A DNA stretch of 64,000 nucleotides, from contig OX597814.1 of NCBI GenBank assembly GCA_951406725.2, positions 153,326,001 through 153,390,000 on the forward strand, written 5' to 3'. A model generated the notes under the pieces. It saw only the letters and a program-made list of their open reading frames with translations, did not search any database and was not told the DNA's origin. Shown here piece after piece: positions 1-12,455 of this stretch (position 1 is its first letter; every line of letters starts with the position of its first letter). This DNA comes from Octopus vulgaris. Its lineage: Eukaryota. The translations under genes and the position numbers were made by a program.

Positions 1-384
1 CACTACATCTCATTGATGTTTTGAGTTGTCTGGGATGCATTGGTTCCACGACAGAACTCATATTCATAAACAACACAAATTTTATCTATCCATGGGTTCA
101 TAAAAAATGATTCATAAGAGAAAACACAATATAATCAAACACCATGAATTGTATTTCAAAAATGTGATGATATAACTCTTCAATGTTAACAACTGTTAAA
201 CATGATGCATAAGAAAATTGGACATTTCATTCTTAATGAGTATATATCTCTCATAAACAAAGGAATATTACATAATGTCATCCCAGTTACAGTAGCTATT
301 AAAAAAAAAACTAGATGGGATGGTCATGGCAGTAATACCTTTGACTAAATCTTCTACTGGATTGATAATATAACAGTAGTTTAG

Positions 385-596
385 CCCTTTTTGTGAGTGT
401 ATATCTTATGAACTACACTGCTCATGTGTTTTAATTAGTTTTGAAATCAAGAATTTGAAGAGACTGTTTGTTGCATAGAATTATAAATGAAAGATTTTAA
501 TTTAAATATGATTCAAAATTTTAATGTGATGCAAGATTTTAATTTAAATATGATATTTTTAAAACAATGGTCTCAGGCAAGTTGGTATTTCAGGAG
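385..596. mobile_element. Degenerate piggyBac-type MITE (family 1)
   Basis: ttag-CCCTTT start and gag-ttaa end. The internal sequence is similar to 1277-1495 and 31465-31729. Confidence 0.5.
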
Positions 597-1261
597 TTAA
601 GGAAACTAAAGCAATGGCTGAAGACAAAGGAATAAGATGTAAACAAGATGATATTAAAATTACATTTAGTATTTGTACTTATGTACAAGGTTATAACAAA
701 GTGGTACCATTAGAGGATGAAAAAAGATGAAAAAGATTTGAAATGAATATATAAGATGGTGGTTTGACAAGTAGTAATGACAAATAATGATATCCCTTTC
801 TATCATATAGGACTGAAAAATCTCACAATGACTACTAATTAATTAAAAAGAGAAAGAAGGGAGTAGAATATCAGAGAATAGATGATGAATATAAGCTGTA
901 GACTTTGGTATAATTTATTATTGGTATGGTTGAAACAAAGGAATGGGAGGGGTAGAGTTGACTGATTTAGTCTTTGTAAAACATTTATTTTATTGACTCA
1001 GAAAGGATGAAAGGCAAAGTCAACAGGGATGGAAATAAATACTGCAAGACAGTTTAGCAATACCATTTATGCCACTACACCTCCCTGATACAACTAAACT
1101 TAATGAACCAAGATAAACCTCAGCAAAGTCACTTGACCTCCTTGAAGTAAGGGTTCAATCTCCCTCATATCACAACCTAACTGACTTAGAAAACCTTTGA
1201 TCATAGAACCTGAGCTGAGCTGGAGGTAAACAATAACTAAACATTAAAAGAAGGACTATAA

Positions 1262-1865
1262 CTCTTATCTTTTTAACCCTTTCATTACCATATTTATTTT
1301 GAGATGCCCTGTGTTTCTTTCAATTATTTTAAATATAACAAAGAATTTAGTAAAATAACTTAGTTACCATTAAGCTAGTGTTAATAACAAATTGTGGCTA
1401 AGGTTTGCTGGATGATTTTAATTTAAAACTTAAGAAAACAAGACATTTATACTACAGAGCCAGAGGCGGTTTTGGCCCGGCTGGTAATGAAAGGGTTAAT
1501 CTGTTTCAGTCATTAGATCGCAGCCATGCTGGGACCTTAAAGAAACTTAGACAAGCAAAAGAACTCCAGTCCAATTTTTTTATGCCTGGTATTTATTCTA
1601 TCACTTTCTTTTGCTGAACTTCTAAATTATGGGGATGTAAACATACCAACACCAGTTGTGAAGTGGCAGTAGGCGACTGTATGTGTGTATACACATACAC
1701 GAGGAGTTTCTTTCAGTTTCTGTCTACCATATCCACTGAGAAGGCTTTGGTTGGCCCAAGGCTATAGTAAAAGACACTTACTTGTCCAAGGTGTTATGCA
1801 GTAGGACTGAACGTAAAGCCATGTGGTTGGGAAGCAAACTTCTTATCACAGCCACACCTGTGCTT
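1262..1865 (-). mobile_element. tRNA-derived SINE family A, with the MITE inserted in its 3' tail
   Basis: Colinear with the copies at 9362-9791 and 12456-12827. tRNA-like head near 1800-1865 and a ccttgggcaagtgtc-type core. Confidence 0.85.
1277..1495. mobile_element. piggyBac-type MITE (family 1), intact ends
   Basis: Perfect 14-bp TIRs CCCTTTCATTACCA / TGGTAATGAAAGGG flanked by TTAA at 1273-1276 and 1496-1499. Confidence 0.9.
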
Positions 1866-2752
1866 ATAAAAATGCATGTGCACAACAAGGTGCAGAACCC
1901 ACAACCCTGAGATTAAGAATCTTAAAGTAATTGAAGGAATATCTGTTTTAACAACACATAACCTCAATTAAAGACAAGTGTGTGGAGAGAAAGAAAGGTG
2001 GGTGTATAACGGAATTAAGAATTCAATAGTTATATAGAAAATTTTAAATGTGTCTCCCTTCCCTTTCTTTTATTTTTTGTCGCTAAAACAAAAAGGCTCG
2101 GAAGGAAATTTGGATAAATTGCAAAAAATTTCAGCTAGTATTCACAGTATATAGAACACAAGGATTCTATGAAATCTGTCTCTCATGAAAGAACATTCTT
2201 TGGAAAGATTAGCAAAGGTTTGATGTAATTTCTCACCAAATTTATTATCAGATTTACTATTAATTTGTTTACATTTTCAGGAGACTTTTAGAGTGTGTGT
2301 GCGCATGAGAGAGAGAGAGAGAGAGAGAGATAAACTACTCTAATTGAGACGATACCAAGATGTTTGCCAGTTAATTATGAGAACTGTGTTAAAGGATTAA
2401 ATGGTGGAGAGAAAAGAGAAGTTTTCAATGGAAGCAAGCAACAGGAAAGAGAAAAACAAAAACAGAACAAAACCTTTTAGGATCAATGTATGTGGCATTT
2501 AATTAACTCAACTGATTGGGAATGGTTTTGGTTTTTAATTCTCAATCAGTTGTGGAAGATATTAGTTTCCATGATAAATAGTTGATGTAGATGCCCTTTG
2601 AAAAGAAAAATAAGAGAAAAAAAAAAACCCTCTCCAATTTCCTCTCTTCTCTATGTTCAAATAATAAAAAAAAAAAGATTATGCACTTGCTTTCTTGAAG
2701 CACACATTTCTATATGACACACATCGTCAATAAGGAAGCAGTATTCTTCAGT

Positions 2753-2900
2753 CATCATCATCAGTTAATATCAGTCTTTCATGCTGGCATGGGTTAGATG
2801 GTTTGACAGGAGCTGGCTAGGCAGAAGACTGCACCAAGCTCCACTTTCTGTTTTGGCATGATTTTTATGGCTGGATGCCCTTCCTAATGCCAACCCATTC
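2753..2900 (-). mobile_element. RTE-type 3' UTR/tail fragment
   Basis: (CAT)n followed by ttccatgctggcatgggtt and ggctggatgcccttcctaatgccaac, shared with many copies in the window. Confidence 0.8.
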
Positions 2901-2913
2901 AGCGTTGAAGAAT

Positions 2914-3135
2914 ATCATCATCATTATCATCGTTTAGCGTCCGCTTTCCATGCTAGTATGGGTTTTGACGGTTCAACTGGGGTTTGGGAAGCCAGAAGGC
3001 TGCACCAGGCCCAGTCTGATCTGGCAATGTTTCTATGGCTGGATGCCCTTCCTAACGCCAACCACTGTGAGTGTGGTGGGTGCTTTTACGTGCCAGACGA
3101 GGCTGGCAAACAGCCACGATCGGATGGTGTTTGCA
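2914..3135 (-). mobile_element. RTE-type 3' UTR/tail fragment
   Basis: Same motifs, close to the 4729 copy. Confidence 0.85.
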
Positions 3136-3429
3136 TTCTTTTACTTGTTACAGTCTTTCCTGACTGTGACCATGCTGGGACACCAACTTCACAGGTTTTT
3201 TTTTACCAATTATATCAAAACCAGTACTTTGTGTGGCACTTTGCATAAAGGGACCTTAATATCTAAATACCACAACATATTTTTGTTTGATGTACTGACT
3301 TACACAAACACACACAGAGAGGATTTTTCAGTCCTATATAATAATAAGGGAAATTATTATTTGTCACTACTGCTGCTTGTCAAACCACCATCTTATATAG
3401 AAAGAGAGAGAGAGAGAGAGGTTTTTGTA

Positions 3430-4630
3430 ATATCTTTGCCAACCAAACCTTACTCACAAAGTATTTATTGATTAACCTAAGGCTATAGTAAATAGATTGG
3501 TAAAATTTATAGTTTCACACCAGATTCAATTTTGGTACTAAATAATTTTTTCCCTGTGTTTTATTTTTTTTTTTGAGGTGCAGTCATCTTAGCTGACCTC
3601 ATAAGCTTCGGAAATGCATTTTTCTGGGGAAAATGGAGGGGTGGGGCAGAACCTCGGAAATTCCCCTTTCCGACTCCGTCTCTTGCATGTTTTTTTTCAC
3701 TGCAATCTTCTTAATTGACCTCATAATGTGCGGGAAATGCATTTTGTCCATGGAAAATGGTGGGGGTGGGATGGGACCTAGGGCAGTCCTGTATATCTTC
3801 TGTCTCTGGATTTGTGCTGGAATCGATCCTTTACTGGTGATCTGGGAGGGGTGTATATAACTGCTGCCTCAATAAAAAAATTGGAGCAGCAATTTTTTTT
3901 TTTTTCTGTAGCAGAGATAAATAAATACCTGGCCAGGTACTGGTGTAGATAGTTACCCGGCCTTTTCACTCATTCTTTTAAATCTCGCCAAAAACGCTCG
4001 ATGTTTTGTGAGTTTATGTGTGCATGTGTGTGTGATGTCAACAAAATTTTCTTTGTGGCTTATCATATAATGTTCATAACCCAATGTTTGTATATCTTTG
4101 TAAGCCACCCAAGAATCACTGTAGATAGCTGAGTCAGCTTTGATGTATTTTTGAATTAGTGGAAAGCAATGTTGCTTTGTCGCGCTTCTGACCAGTCAGA
4201 GGAACAACAAAGCGATGTTTGCTAATCTGCTCAATTCCAGTGAACAACCAAACATAAACATTTTAATTAGAATATACAATCTGTAAATGGAATTAACTGA
4301 TTATATGTATGAGGTCAATTAAGATGATTGCAATGAAAAAAAACCCAAAAAAACATGAGAGATGGGGTTGGGAAGGGGAATTTCTGAGGTTCCGCCCCCA
4401 CCCTCACCACCCTCTATTTTCTGCGGAAAGAATGCATTTCTGACAGCTTACAAGGTCAATTAAGACAATTGCATCCACACACACGAAAAAAAAAAGAAAA
4501 AATTATTTAGTACTGAAATCAAGTCTTGTGTGAAACTATAAATTTACTAATAGATCTTGTCCCATGTTCTGAGCAGTGGGGATCGAACCTGAGACCTTTT
4601 GGTTGTTGAATGACTTGCTTAGCCTTGTAG
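3430..4630 (-). mobile_element. Old SINE A copy split by a fold-back element
   Basis: aaggctatagtaaataga (to 3496) resumes as tagatcttgtcccatg...cagtggggatcgaacc (from 4551), matching SINE A ggctatagtagaagacacttgcccaagg...cagtgggactgaacc. Confidence 0.75.
3497..4550. mobile_element. Non-autonomous fold-back DNA transposon with ~230-bp imperfect TIRs
   Basis: 3497-3726 is the reverse complement of 4308-4550. TAGA flanks both ends (3493-3496, 4551-4554). There are ~120-bp sub-repeats inside the arms. Confidence 0.85.
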
Positions 4631-4728
4631 TAATGGCAAATTTAAATGTTTCTAACTTAAGTACAATGCCAAAAATTTAGAATTGAATTCTATATAGTAT
4701 TTAGTTAAATTTATATATATATATATAT

Positions 4729-5200
4729 ATCATCATCATCGTTTAACGTCCGTTTTCCATGCTAGCACGGGTTGGACGGTTTGACCGGGGTGTGGGAAGC
4801 CAGGGGCTGCACCAGGCTCCAGTCTGATCTGGCAGAGTTTCTACAGCTGGATGCCCTTCCTAACGCCAACCACTCCGCGAGTGTAGTGGGTGCTTTTTAC
4901 GTGCCATCTGCACAGGTGCCAGGGGGGTCCGGCATCGGCCACGATTGGTTGGAGCTTTTAACGTGCCACGTTCGGATGGTGCTTTTTATGTGCCACCGGC
5001 ACAGAAGCCAGTCGGGGCGGTGCTGGCATCGGCCACGTTCGGATGGTGCTTTTTATGTGCTACCGGCACAGAAGCCAGCACATAAAAAGCACCATCCGAA
5101 CATGGCCGATGCCAGCGCCGCCCTGACTGGCTTCTGTGCCGGTGGCATATAAAAAGCACCATCTGAATGTGGCCGTTGCCAGCGCCGCCTTGGCTGGCTT

Positions 5201-5201
<1 letters not shown>
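4729..5201 (-). mobile_element. Young RTE-type 3' UTR with 67-bp internal repeats and a 5' inversion, within (TA)n
   Basis: (CAT)n tail, CpG-rich, tandem 67-bp units, and 5078-5200 inverted relative to 4965-5060. Confidence 0.85.
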
Positions 5202-5248
<47 letters not shown>

Positions 5249-5309
5249 GTAACAAACTGAGGAAAACAAATCCTTCAAAGGGGTGCATTAAGATTGAAAC
5301 TGAAAAAAA

Positions 5310-5482
5310 CTGTATCATTCATTTCCAATATTCGGTGAAAATATGGCTGGTCATGAGTAAGTAAATATTATCTTGCTTGGAAGCAGGTAAGGGTTGGCAT
5401 CAGGGAAGGTACCTGGCTGCAGAAAATCTGCCTCAATAAACTTTGACTCATGCAAGAATGAGTAGTCACTGAAGAGGTGATT
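5310..5482 (+). mobile_element. SINE C 3' fragment
   Basis: cttggaagcaggtaagggttggcatcagggaagg...gcagaaaatctgcctcaa is similar to 47270-47440 and to the reverse complement of 11581-11760. Confidence 0.6.
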
Positions 5483-6651
5483 ATATACATATAAACTCTT
5501 GGTTGTATTTCAGTTCAGCAGGAAAATTTAATCCATTACTTATAAATCTAATGCAAACTCTAGGAAGGAGACAATGTGTTTAAAATACACATCTACAACA
5601 TGGATACTAAAGAGATTTATTGAAGTAAGTAAAACATTTAAACTACCCAGTTAAATAAAACGCAAAATAACTGTCAGCTTGAGAAAATTAATTTCTTTGG
5701 GAAGTATACAATCTGATAACTGAGTAGATCTAAAGGCAATAACCAACAGAATTAAATTTCTAAGGTATTAATGACTTGGTAAACATTGTGGAAAAAAGAT
5801 TTTTAAAAACTTTTTGGCAAGGTGTAATATAAGAAAACAAAGAAAGTATGTGTGTATGATATATATATGAGATGTATTTAAAAGATGTAAAATGTAAACT
5901 TTCTGCTGATAACTAAATACTGTTATGTCACTGTGACCTAACCTGTGCATTTGCTTCCATTTTACCATTAGCAAGAATAAACTTTCACACACAGTCACAC
6001 AAACCATATTTATTTATTCAGATTTTAGATCCATATATCCACATCCTACAACAAGAGATTAAATTGACTCTTCATGGTAATAAGTAAATAATGGGGTTTT
6101 ACTGTCCAACCAGCAATATTTAGTGTTCCTTCAAACAGAAAACAAACAAAAAAAAGTATTGCAAATACATACAAATATATCATAAGTTAACTAAACAAAT
6201 TGATTTCTATCTCGATCATTTATAACTTTAATGTAGTTAATCACAAAACATTAAAATGGATAGAGTAAAAAAAAAAAAAAGGAAAACAGAAATAAAATAA
6301 TTTTGTTTATTTAAATATGCATTATTTATCGTGGAAATGTCATAATTGTTTGTATGTGCGTGCGTGTGGATGTATATGAATGTTCAGCAAATAAATATAT
6401 GTGTATCACAAAATCACATGCAGCTACATGCATCATTCATGTTCAGAAAGAACACAAATTCTTCAAATCATGAATGACATGCTAGTTAAAAAGTTTGTAT
6501 GTCCAATGCTTCATGATGAGTCCATTAAAAAGAATGAAATATGTAGTGAAGACACAACCCTTCCCTTTATCATTGGCGTAATGAAATGTAAAATGCAAAA
6601 TCATAAAGAAAGGTTTAATAGACTATGTAAAATAAACAATAAATGTATATT

Positions 6652-6865
6652 CTTTTCTACTCTAGGCACAAAGCCCAAAATTTTTTGGGAGGGGGCCAGT
6701 TGATTAGATCGACCCCAGTATACAACTGATACTTAACTTATCGACCCCGAAAGGATTAAAGGCTAAGCTGACCTCGGTAGAATTTGAACTCAGAACGTAA
6801 AGACAGACGAAATACCGTTAAGCATTTCGCCCCACATGCTAATGTTTCTGCCAGCTCGCCGCCTT
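6652..6865 (-). mobile_element. Full-length tRNA-derived SINE family D with TSD
   Basis: Minus-strand head aaggcggcgagctggcagaa...gagttcaaattc (A/B-box-like) and central cctttcggggtcgataa domain. 16-bp TSD ACAA(T/A)AAATGTATATT at 6636-6651 and 6866-6881. Confidence 0.9.
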
Positions 6866-7102
6866 ACAAAAAATGTATATTAAAACTTATTTAGTTCTAC
6901 TATAATATATATTGTTGGTTATGTGAGCTTCTGAATTATTTTCTAAATGTAAAAAAAAAAATTAAGCAGATTTAAACTATATAAATATAAAATTCAAATT
7001 CTCGCAAGAATAAACCTCTAAAATTATTGTATACCAAGTTATAATGGCTAACAGATATTAAGGTAAAGATGAGTCAAAGAACACTGTAAGTCAAGAAGTA
7101 AA

Positions 7103-7340
7103 CATCACCATCATTTAATGTCCCTTGTCCATGCTGGCATAGGTTGGATAGTCTGACCAGAGCTGGCAAGCTGGGGAGCAGCACCAAACTCCAGTCTGAT
7201 TTGGTATGGTTTCTACAGCTGGATGACCTTCCTAATGACCACCACTTTACAGAGTGTGCTGGGTGCTTTTACAAAGAATTGCATGCGTACTTTCATATGG
7301 CACCATATGGACACTTTTATGCAGCACTGTATGGGTGCTT
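7103..7340 (-). mobile_element. RTE-type 3' UTR/tail fragment
   Basis: ccatgctggcataggttgga and ttctacagctggatgaccttcctaatg motifs. Confidence 0.8.
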
Positions 7341-7412
7341 TTACATGGCACTGTCACATTAGTGGAAACCAGATTAATCCTTATGATGACAACCAGAGAC
7401 CATCTCCTAGAT

Positions 7413-7753
7413 TAATGGTTCTCAAACAATTTTTATCTACAAACCCCTTTGATTACTATTTTATTCTAGCGGACCCCCATTGTCATTTGATGTTTAAAAA
7501 CTAGTTTTATACATACTTCTTTCAAAATTCCTATTTTGCTTGTCATACATTAACATTTTACAAAGTTCAACCTACACAAGTTAGAGTAAGAAACCTGGAT
7601 GTTTCTTGCAATAAATACATCTAAAACAAAATTTTTCACAAACCCCTAAAATACTACTTATGGATCCACAAATTACTATTTTACTGGCATGGACCCCACA
7701 AAAATCTTATATCGACTCCCAGGGATCATATGGACCCTGGTTAACAACCATTA
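7413..7753. mobile_element. hAT-type MITE
   Basis: TIRs taatggttctcaa / ttaacaaccatta, resembling the CAGTGGTTCTCAA ends of hAT MITEs. Degenerate 8-bp TSD tcctagat / gccaagat. Repeated ggacccc subterminal motifs. Confidence 0.75.
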
Positions 7754-8939
7754 GCCAAGATCTTTGATACCACTTGTTTCAAAGTGCTCATATTTGAATT
7801 AAAATTAGCCATCATGATTTAAAGTAAGAACCATTTAGGATAGAATCAAACCATTAGTTCTGACCCAAATGCCAGTTTGTGTATCAAAAAAAATTTGTTA
7901 TTTTACTAAAAACCTTGATAATTTCCAAAATTAATTCAAAAAATATATTTCACTAGTAATATGGCCATGAAAGGATTGAGTCAAACAATAAGAGTACAAC
8001 TTTGAGGAGATAAGGAAGATAGGCCAGTTATTTGACCTTCATATGTCCATCTAGCCAACAACTGTGTTGGGAAGTTCAGCGAGCAACACCAAGAGAAATA
8101 TTTATATATCATAAATAGAACTTAAAAATTATCTACAGCTAAACTTCTCATAGCAATCATGGTTTTCTCAATAATGCTTCAATTGGTGGAGGAGGGAAGT
8201 ACCAGATGGACGAGCTAAGAAGGCACTATTTGAAACTACAACTGAAACAGTGGCAGTTCATTACATCTTTATTAACAGATACAGCCTGTCTCACTGTGCA
8301 TGTGCTGCAGAGTATGGACTTGAAACCAGCACGTGAGTCATTCTTTGGCATGCTGAGATACACTGTAAACAATCCATGCCATCAGCATTACTTCCTGCTG
8401 ATATAATATATATTAGATGATATAATATATATTAGATAGCATGTATGCTCTTCTCTTTCTTAAACAGTATAAAAAAATTAAAATGTGAAACAGCAAGCAT
8501 GTAAATTATACTTTGCACAGTTAAAAATATATATATATAAAAAATAAAACTGAAATGTAGAATGAAAACACTGACTGAATCACATGGCTAAATGTACAGA
8601 TACAGCTCTGTTTACCAATGTAAATGTGATTCCAGTGTACTGTATAGTTATACAGGAAGCTGTGAGTATATTATTTTTAGATTTAGAATATAATACTCAG
8701 ACTTCATGACAAGAAGTTTTCAGCTTCCTTCCTGTTTGAAATCTCAAGTAGAGATTTTTCAGATAGACATTGGCTAAATATAGGATACACTATTCTTTAC
8801 ACTGGAACTCCAGTGATCTATAAAGGTTCCTATAATTACAAATTTGACTAGCGCTGGTAAATCTTGTAATAGTTAAAGAGACCAAGCAAGCAAGAAAGTT
8901 CTAACTTTTGTAAATTATGACTAAAATTTTTGAGTATAT

Positions 8940-9165
8940 GTGTGTGTGTGTGCCTTTGTGTCTGTGTTTGTCCCCCATCACTGCTTGACAACCATTGATG
9001 GTGTGCTTATGTTCCTTTGTAACTTAGCAATTCAGCAAAACAGATTGACAGAAAAAGTACCAGGCTTAAACAGAATAAGCAACAAGAATGATTTGTTTAA
9101 CTAAAATTTTTCAAGGTGTTGCCTCAGCATGGCTGCAATCTAATGACTGAAACAAATAAAAGATA
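8940..9165 (+). mobile_element. SINE A 3' half
   Basis: gtgtctgtgtttgtcccc...gcttgacaacc...aatgactgaaacaaataaaaga. Confidence 0.8.
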
Positions 9166-9361
9166 AGCTACATATATACTTCATTGGTAATCATGTAAGC
9201 TGATCAAAGTGAAGGATGAACTTCTATTGAAGTGAATATTAATGTTAGATGACTACAGTTATTTTGATTCTTTTGGTGTCATTTAGAAAATACAGAGAAG
9301 GAACAATAACTTAATTTTTTTAAACCACAGGAGAGCTAATGAGAACTTAATAGATAAATTA

Positions 9362-9588
9362 CTCTTTACTCTTTTACTTGTATCAGTCATTTGACTACGG
9401 CCATGCTGGAGCACTGCCTTTAGTCGAGCAAATCGACCCCAGGACTTATTCTTTGTAAGCCTAGTACTTATTCTATTGATCTCTTTTGCTGAACTGCTAA
9501 GTTACGGGGACGTAAACACACCACCATCGGTTGTCAAGCAATGTTGGAGGGACAAACATATACACACACACATACATACATACATGCA

Positions 9589-9630
<42 letters not shown>

Positions 9631-9791
9631 ATGGGCTTCTTTCAGTTTCCCTCTACTAAATCCACTCACAAGGCTTTGGTTGGCCTGAGGCTATAGTAGA
9701 AGACACTTGCCCAAGATGCTATGCAGCTGGACTGAACCCGGAACCATGTGGTTTGTAAGCAAGCTACTTACCACACAGCCACTCGTATGCC
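9362..9791 (-). mobile_element. Full-length SINE A
   Basis: tRNA-like head (reverse complement of gactgaacccggaaccatgtgg...ttaccacacagcc), central (TA/CA)n and (ctcttta)-type tail. Confidence 0.9.
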
Positions 9792-10089
9792 TGCTTACCA
9801 CAAAGAATTTCTTGGCATTTTTAAGGTTAAGTATAGCATATTAGAGACTAACTAGTTGGGTGATGTGTTAAATGGAAGTCATATAAACGTCTACAAAAGT
9901 AAAATACTTTTGTATCCAAACACACCATTTATCTAACATCAAAGCATAACAAAGTACAATGGAGCAAAACTGTCAAAGTCGTGAGACCACTACAGTCTAT
10001 GTTGAATAAGACAAGACCCAGTACTCAGTCCTGGAGCACTCAATGTAACAACTCTGATCTTACTACTCTATGATTATAATCTTTTATAA

Positions 10090-10490
10090 GATGTGAACAA
10101 CTGAAGACAAAAACCTAAGATGACCCGAATGTGTTAAACCTCTAAGAGAATCCATGATCCATTGTACCAAATACCTCAGATATACTAGCAGCAGCAGAAT
10201 CTGAATAGAAATTATTGTAGACATTCCTGTGAATAACATTTCAGTCTGCACGGTCAGATCTTTCACACACACGCACGCATACACACGTATTCCAGTTACC
10301 TTGGAGATAACTACTTTTATAGATGAGAGGATCAACATTATGACAAACTATAACCTTTTCAGCAAGATTGTTTGAGACTGCAAGACAGACAGAATTTCAG
10401 GGTTGAGAGAGATCCTTTTTACAATAAGAGTGATGTCTAATTTTTCTTGAGGCACTTCTGAAGGATGGACAATATATCAGAGAGGTGGTT
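10090..10490 (-). mobile_element. Possible decayed LINE endonuclease-region fragment
   Basis: Weak translated resemblance to CR1-like apurinic endonuclease segments, heavily frameshifted. Confidence 0.3.
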
Positions 10491-11029
10491 TAAAAAAAAA
10501 TACTATAAATAGTTTTAAAAACAATTGTAAAAAGAATTTTCTATAATTATTGCTTAGTCAATGGTGTAAAGATATTTATAATGTACCAAAGACAATCTTA
10601 TAACATGGAAGATTAGAAACCCAATAGAAATGAGTGATTATGTTTTTTCTAAATTTTTTTTTACAGTTTCTATGAATGAACAAAGTTAAAAGTTTTGCTA
10701 AATCAGGATGTATAAAGTAATACGCATTTTTGTTGAATATTGATGATGTAATTTTTTTATTTAAAATAAGTTTCCTGTGTTTCAATAGCTACCATAGCAT
10801 ATTCATTTGTTTGGTCAATACTATTTATTTTTCTTTCCTGGAAACTTTTTTCTTGAATAGTTTTCTCATTTTCTGACCATTGTTCAAGCAGCAACTTTCT
10901 TCTGTTAAATATGAAACTTGTGCAAGAGTAGTTTAGGGTTCTGCATATATAATTAAATAGTGAATTCATCATTTGCTACAATTACCTCTTCCCCATCTCT
11001 AAACATCTCACTCTCTCTCATATAACAGC

Positions 11030-11494
11030 CCCCTTGATCCTCTTTGTACCACTTATATTCACCACCCCCATACACTGTACCTTGTGGGTATGTCATGAAA
11101 CATCTCCATCATCAATAACCCTGTCTGTCTCTCTATCTTACTTTCTAACTATCTCTGTTTCCTCTCCTTTTTTTTACCTACTGGAACAGCCAAATATCTC
11201 CTCTACAGTAAGACACCCATCTCTATACCCCCATTATACTTTAACTCCTCAACCGGCACTCTGGAACAAAGTCACCTCCCTCAGCACCACTCTCGTTCCC
11301 AGCTGAGGGACCCCACTGGTGCTGGTGCCACATAAAAAACAGCCAGTATACTCTGTAAAGTGGTTGGTGTTAGGAAGGGCATTCTGCCAAAGCACACAAT
11401 GTAGGCTGGTGTAGTTGTATGGCTTGCCAGCTCCTATCAAATCATCCAACCCATGCCAGCATAGAAAACAGATGTTAGATGGTGATGATGATGA
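11030..11494 (+). mobile_element. Family E pyrimidine-rich body joined to RTE-type tail
   Basis: The body motif cctactgg..agccaa.t.tctcctct...aagaca is shared with 14670-14740 and 16555-16620. It ends in aaagtggttggtgttaggaagggc...(GAT)n. Confidence 0.65.
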
Positions 11495-11580
11495 GTGAAT
11501 AAACTAAGAATTATATGGATATAGGGCAACAGAAACTCAGAAACCCTGTGCTAAGAGGCAGTTAAAAACTTTGATAACTG

Positions 11581-11945
11581 TCATCATCATCATTGTTGAA
11601 CATCCACTTTTTAGGCTTGCATGAGTGTCAGATGGAATTTGTTGAGGTAGATTTTCCATAGTCAAATGTTCTCCATCTGTTTCCAAGTAAGGTAATATTT
11701 CCCCATTGCCAGGCATATTTTGCATGGAGGATTGGAAATAAACAGCATCACTTTTGTAACAGTGACGCTCACTTACAATCATCACAGGATGTCAAGACAA
11801 ACACCCACATACACAACAATCTTCATCCAGTTTTTGTCTACCAAATTCACTCACAAAGTTTTTGTTGGACTAGGGCTGTGGTAGAAGACACTTGCTCAAG
11901 GTGCTATGCAGCTAGACTAAACCAGCGACCATATGGTTATCAAAA
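11581..11945 (-). mobile_element. SINE C (SINE A head + distinct body + RTE-like (GAT)n tail)
   Basis: 11810-11945 matches the SINE A head. 11581-11800 matches the reverse complement of 47190-47440. Confidence 0.75.
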
Positions 11946-12455
11946 AGCCTTTTAATAAATCAACATTTTAAGTACATCTGAATTGAAGGACAAACTTGGA
12001 CAAAAAAAAAATCTATTTTTAATTAATATAAATGTGGTGGAGAAGGTTGTCACCCACCCCACCTGCCTTTCTTGACTAGAGTTAGTCATTAAGATAATGA
12101 TTGGTAATTTTCACTTAGATTGTAATTTTAATTGAAATCTCTTGGCTTACTACATTAAGTCTATTAATGCCTACTTTACTAATTATTATCAGCTTATATT
12201 ATAAGACATTTGAATATGCTTATTCTGTCTATGTAGATACAATTGCCTACAGTTTTACTATTTTTAAAAATTTTATTTTATTTCTATTATTTCTGAGACT
12301 GTGATATCTTCTCACTTCTATATTTTCCTCTTCACACATGATTTCCTTAATAAGAACATCTTTTGCATCAATGGTATACATACATTTTCTGCTTTTAACT
12401 TTTCTCTTAATTGTATTGTTTTCCAAAGTGATAAAAAATATATTTCAGCTATATA

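Noticed and set aside
2950-3471. 173-aa ORF and similar ORFs at 4772, 14157 and 25083
   Set aside because: They run through RTE UTR/SINE sequence and simple repeats.
9700-9791. tRNA-like A/B boxes
   Set aside because: SINE heads with no complete cloverleaf, so not tRNA genes.
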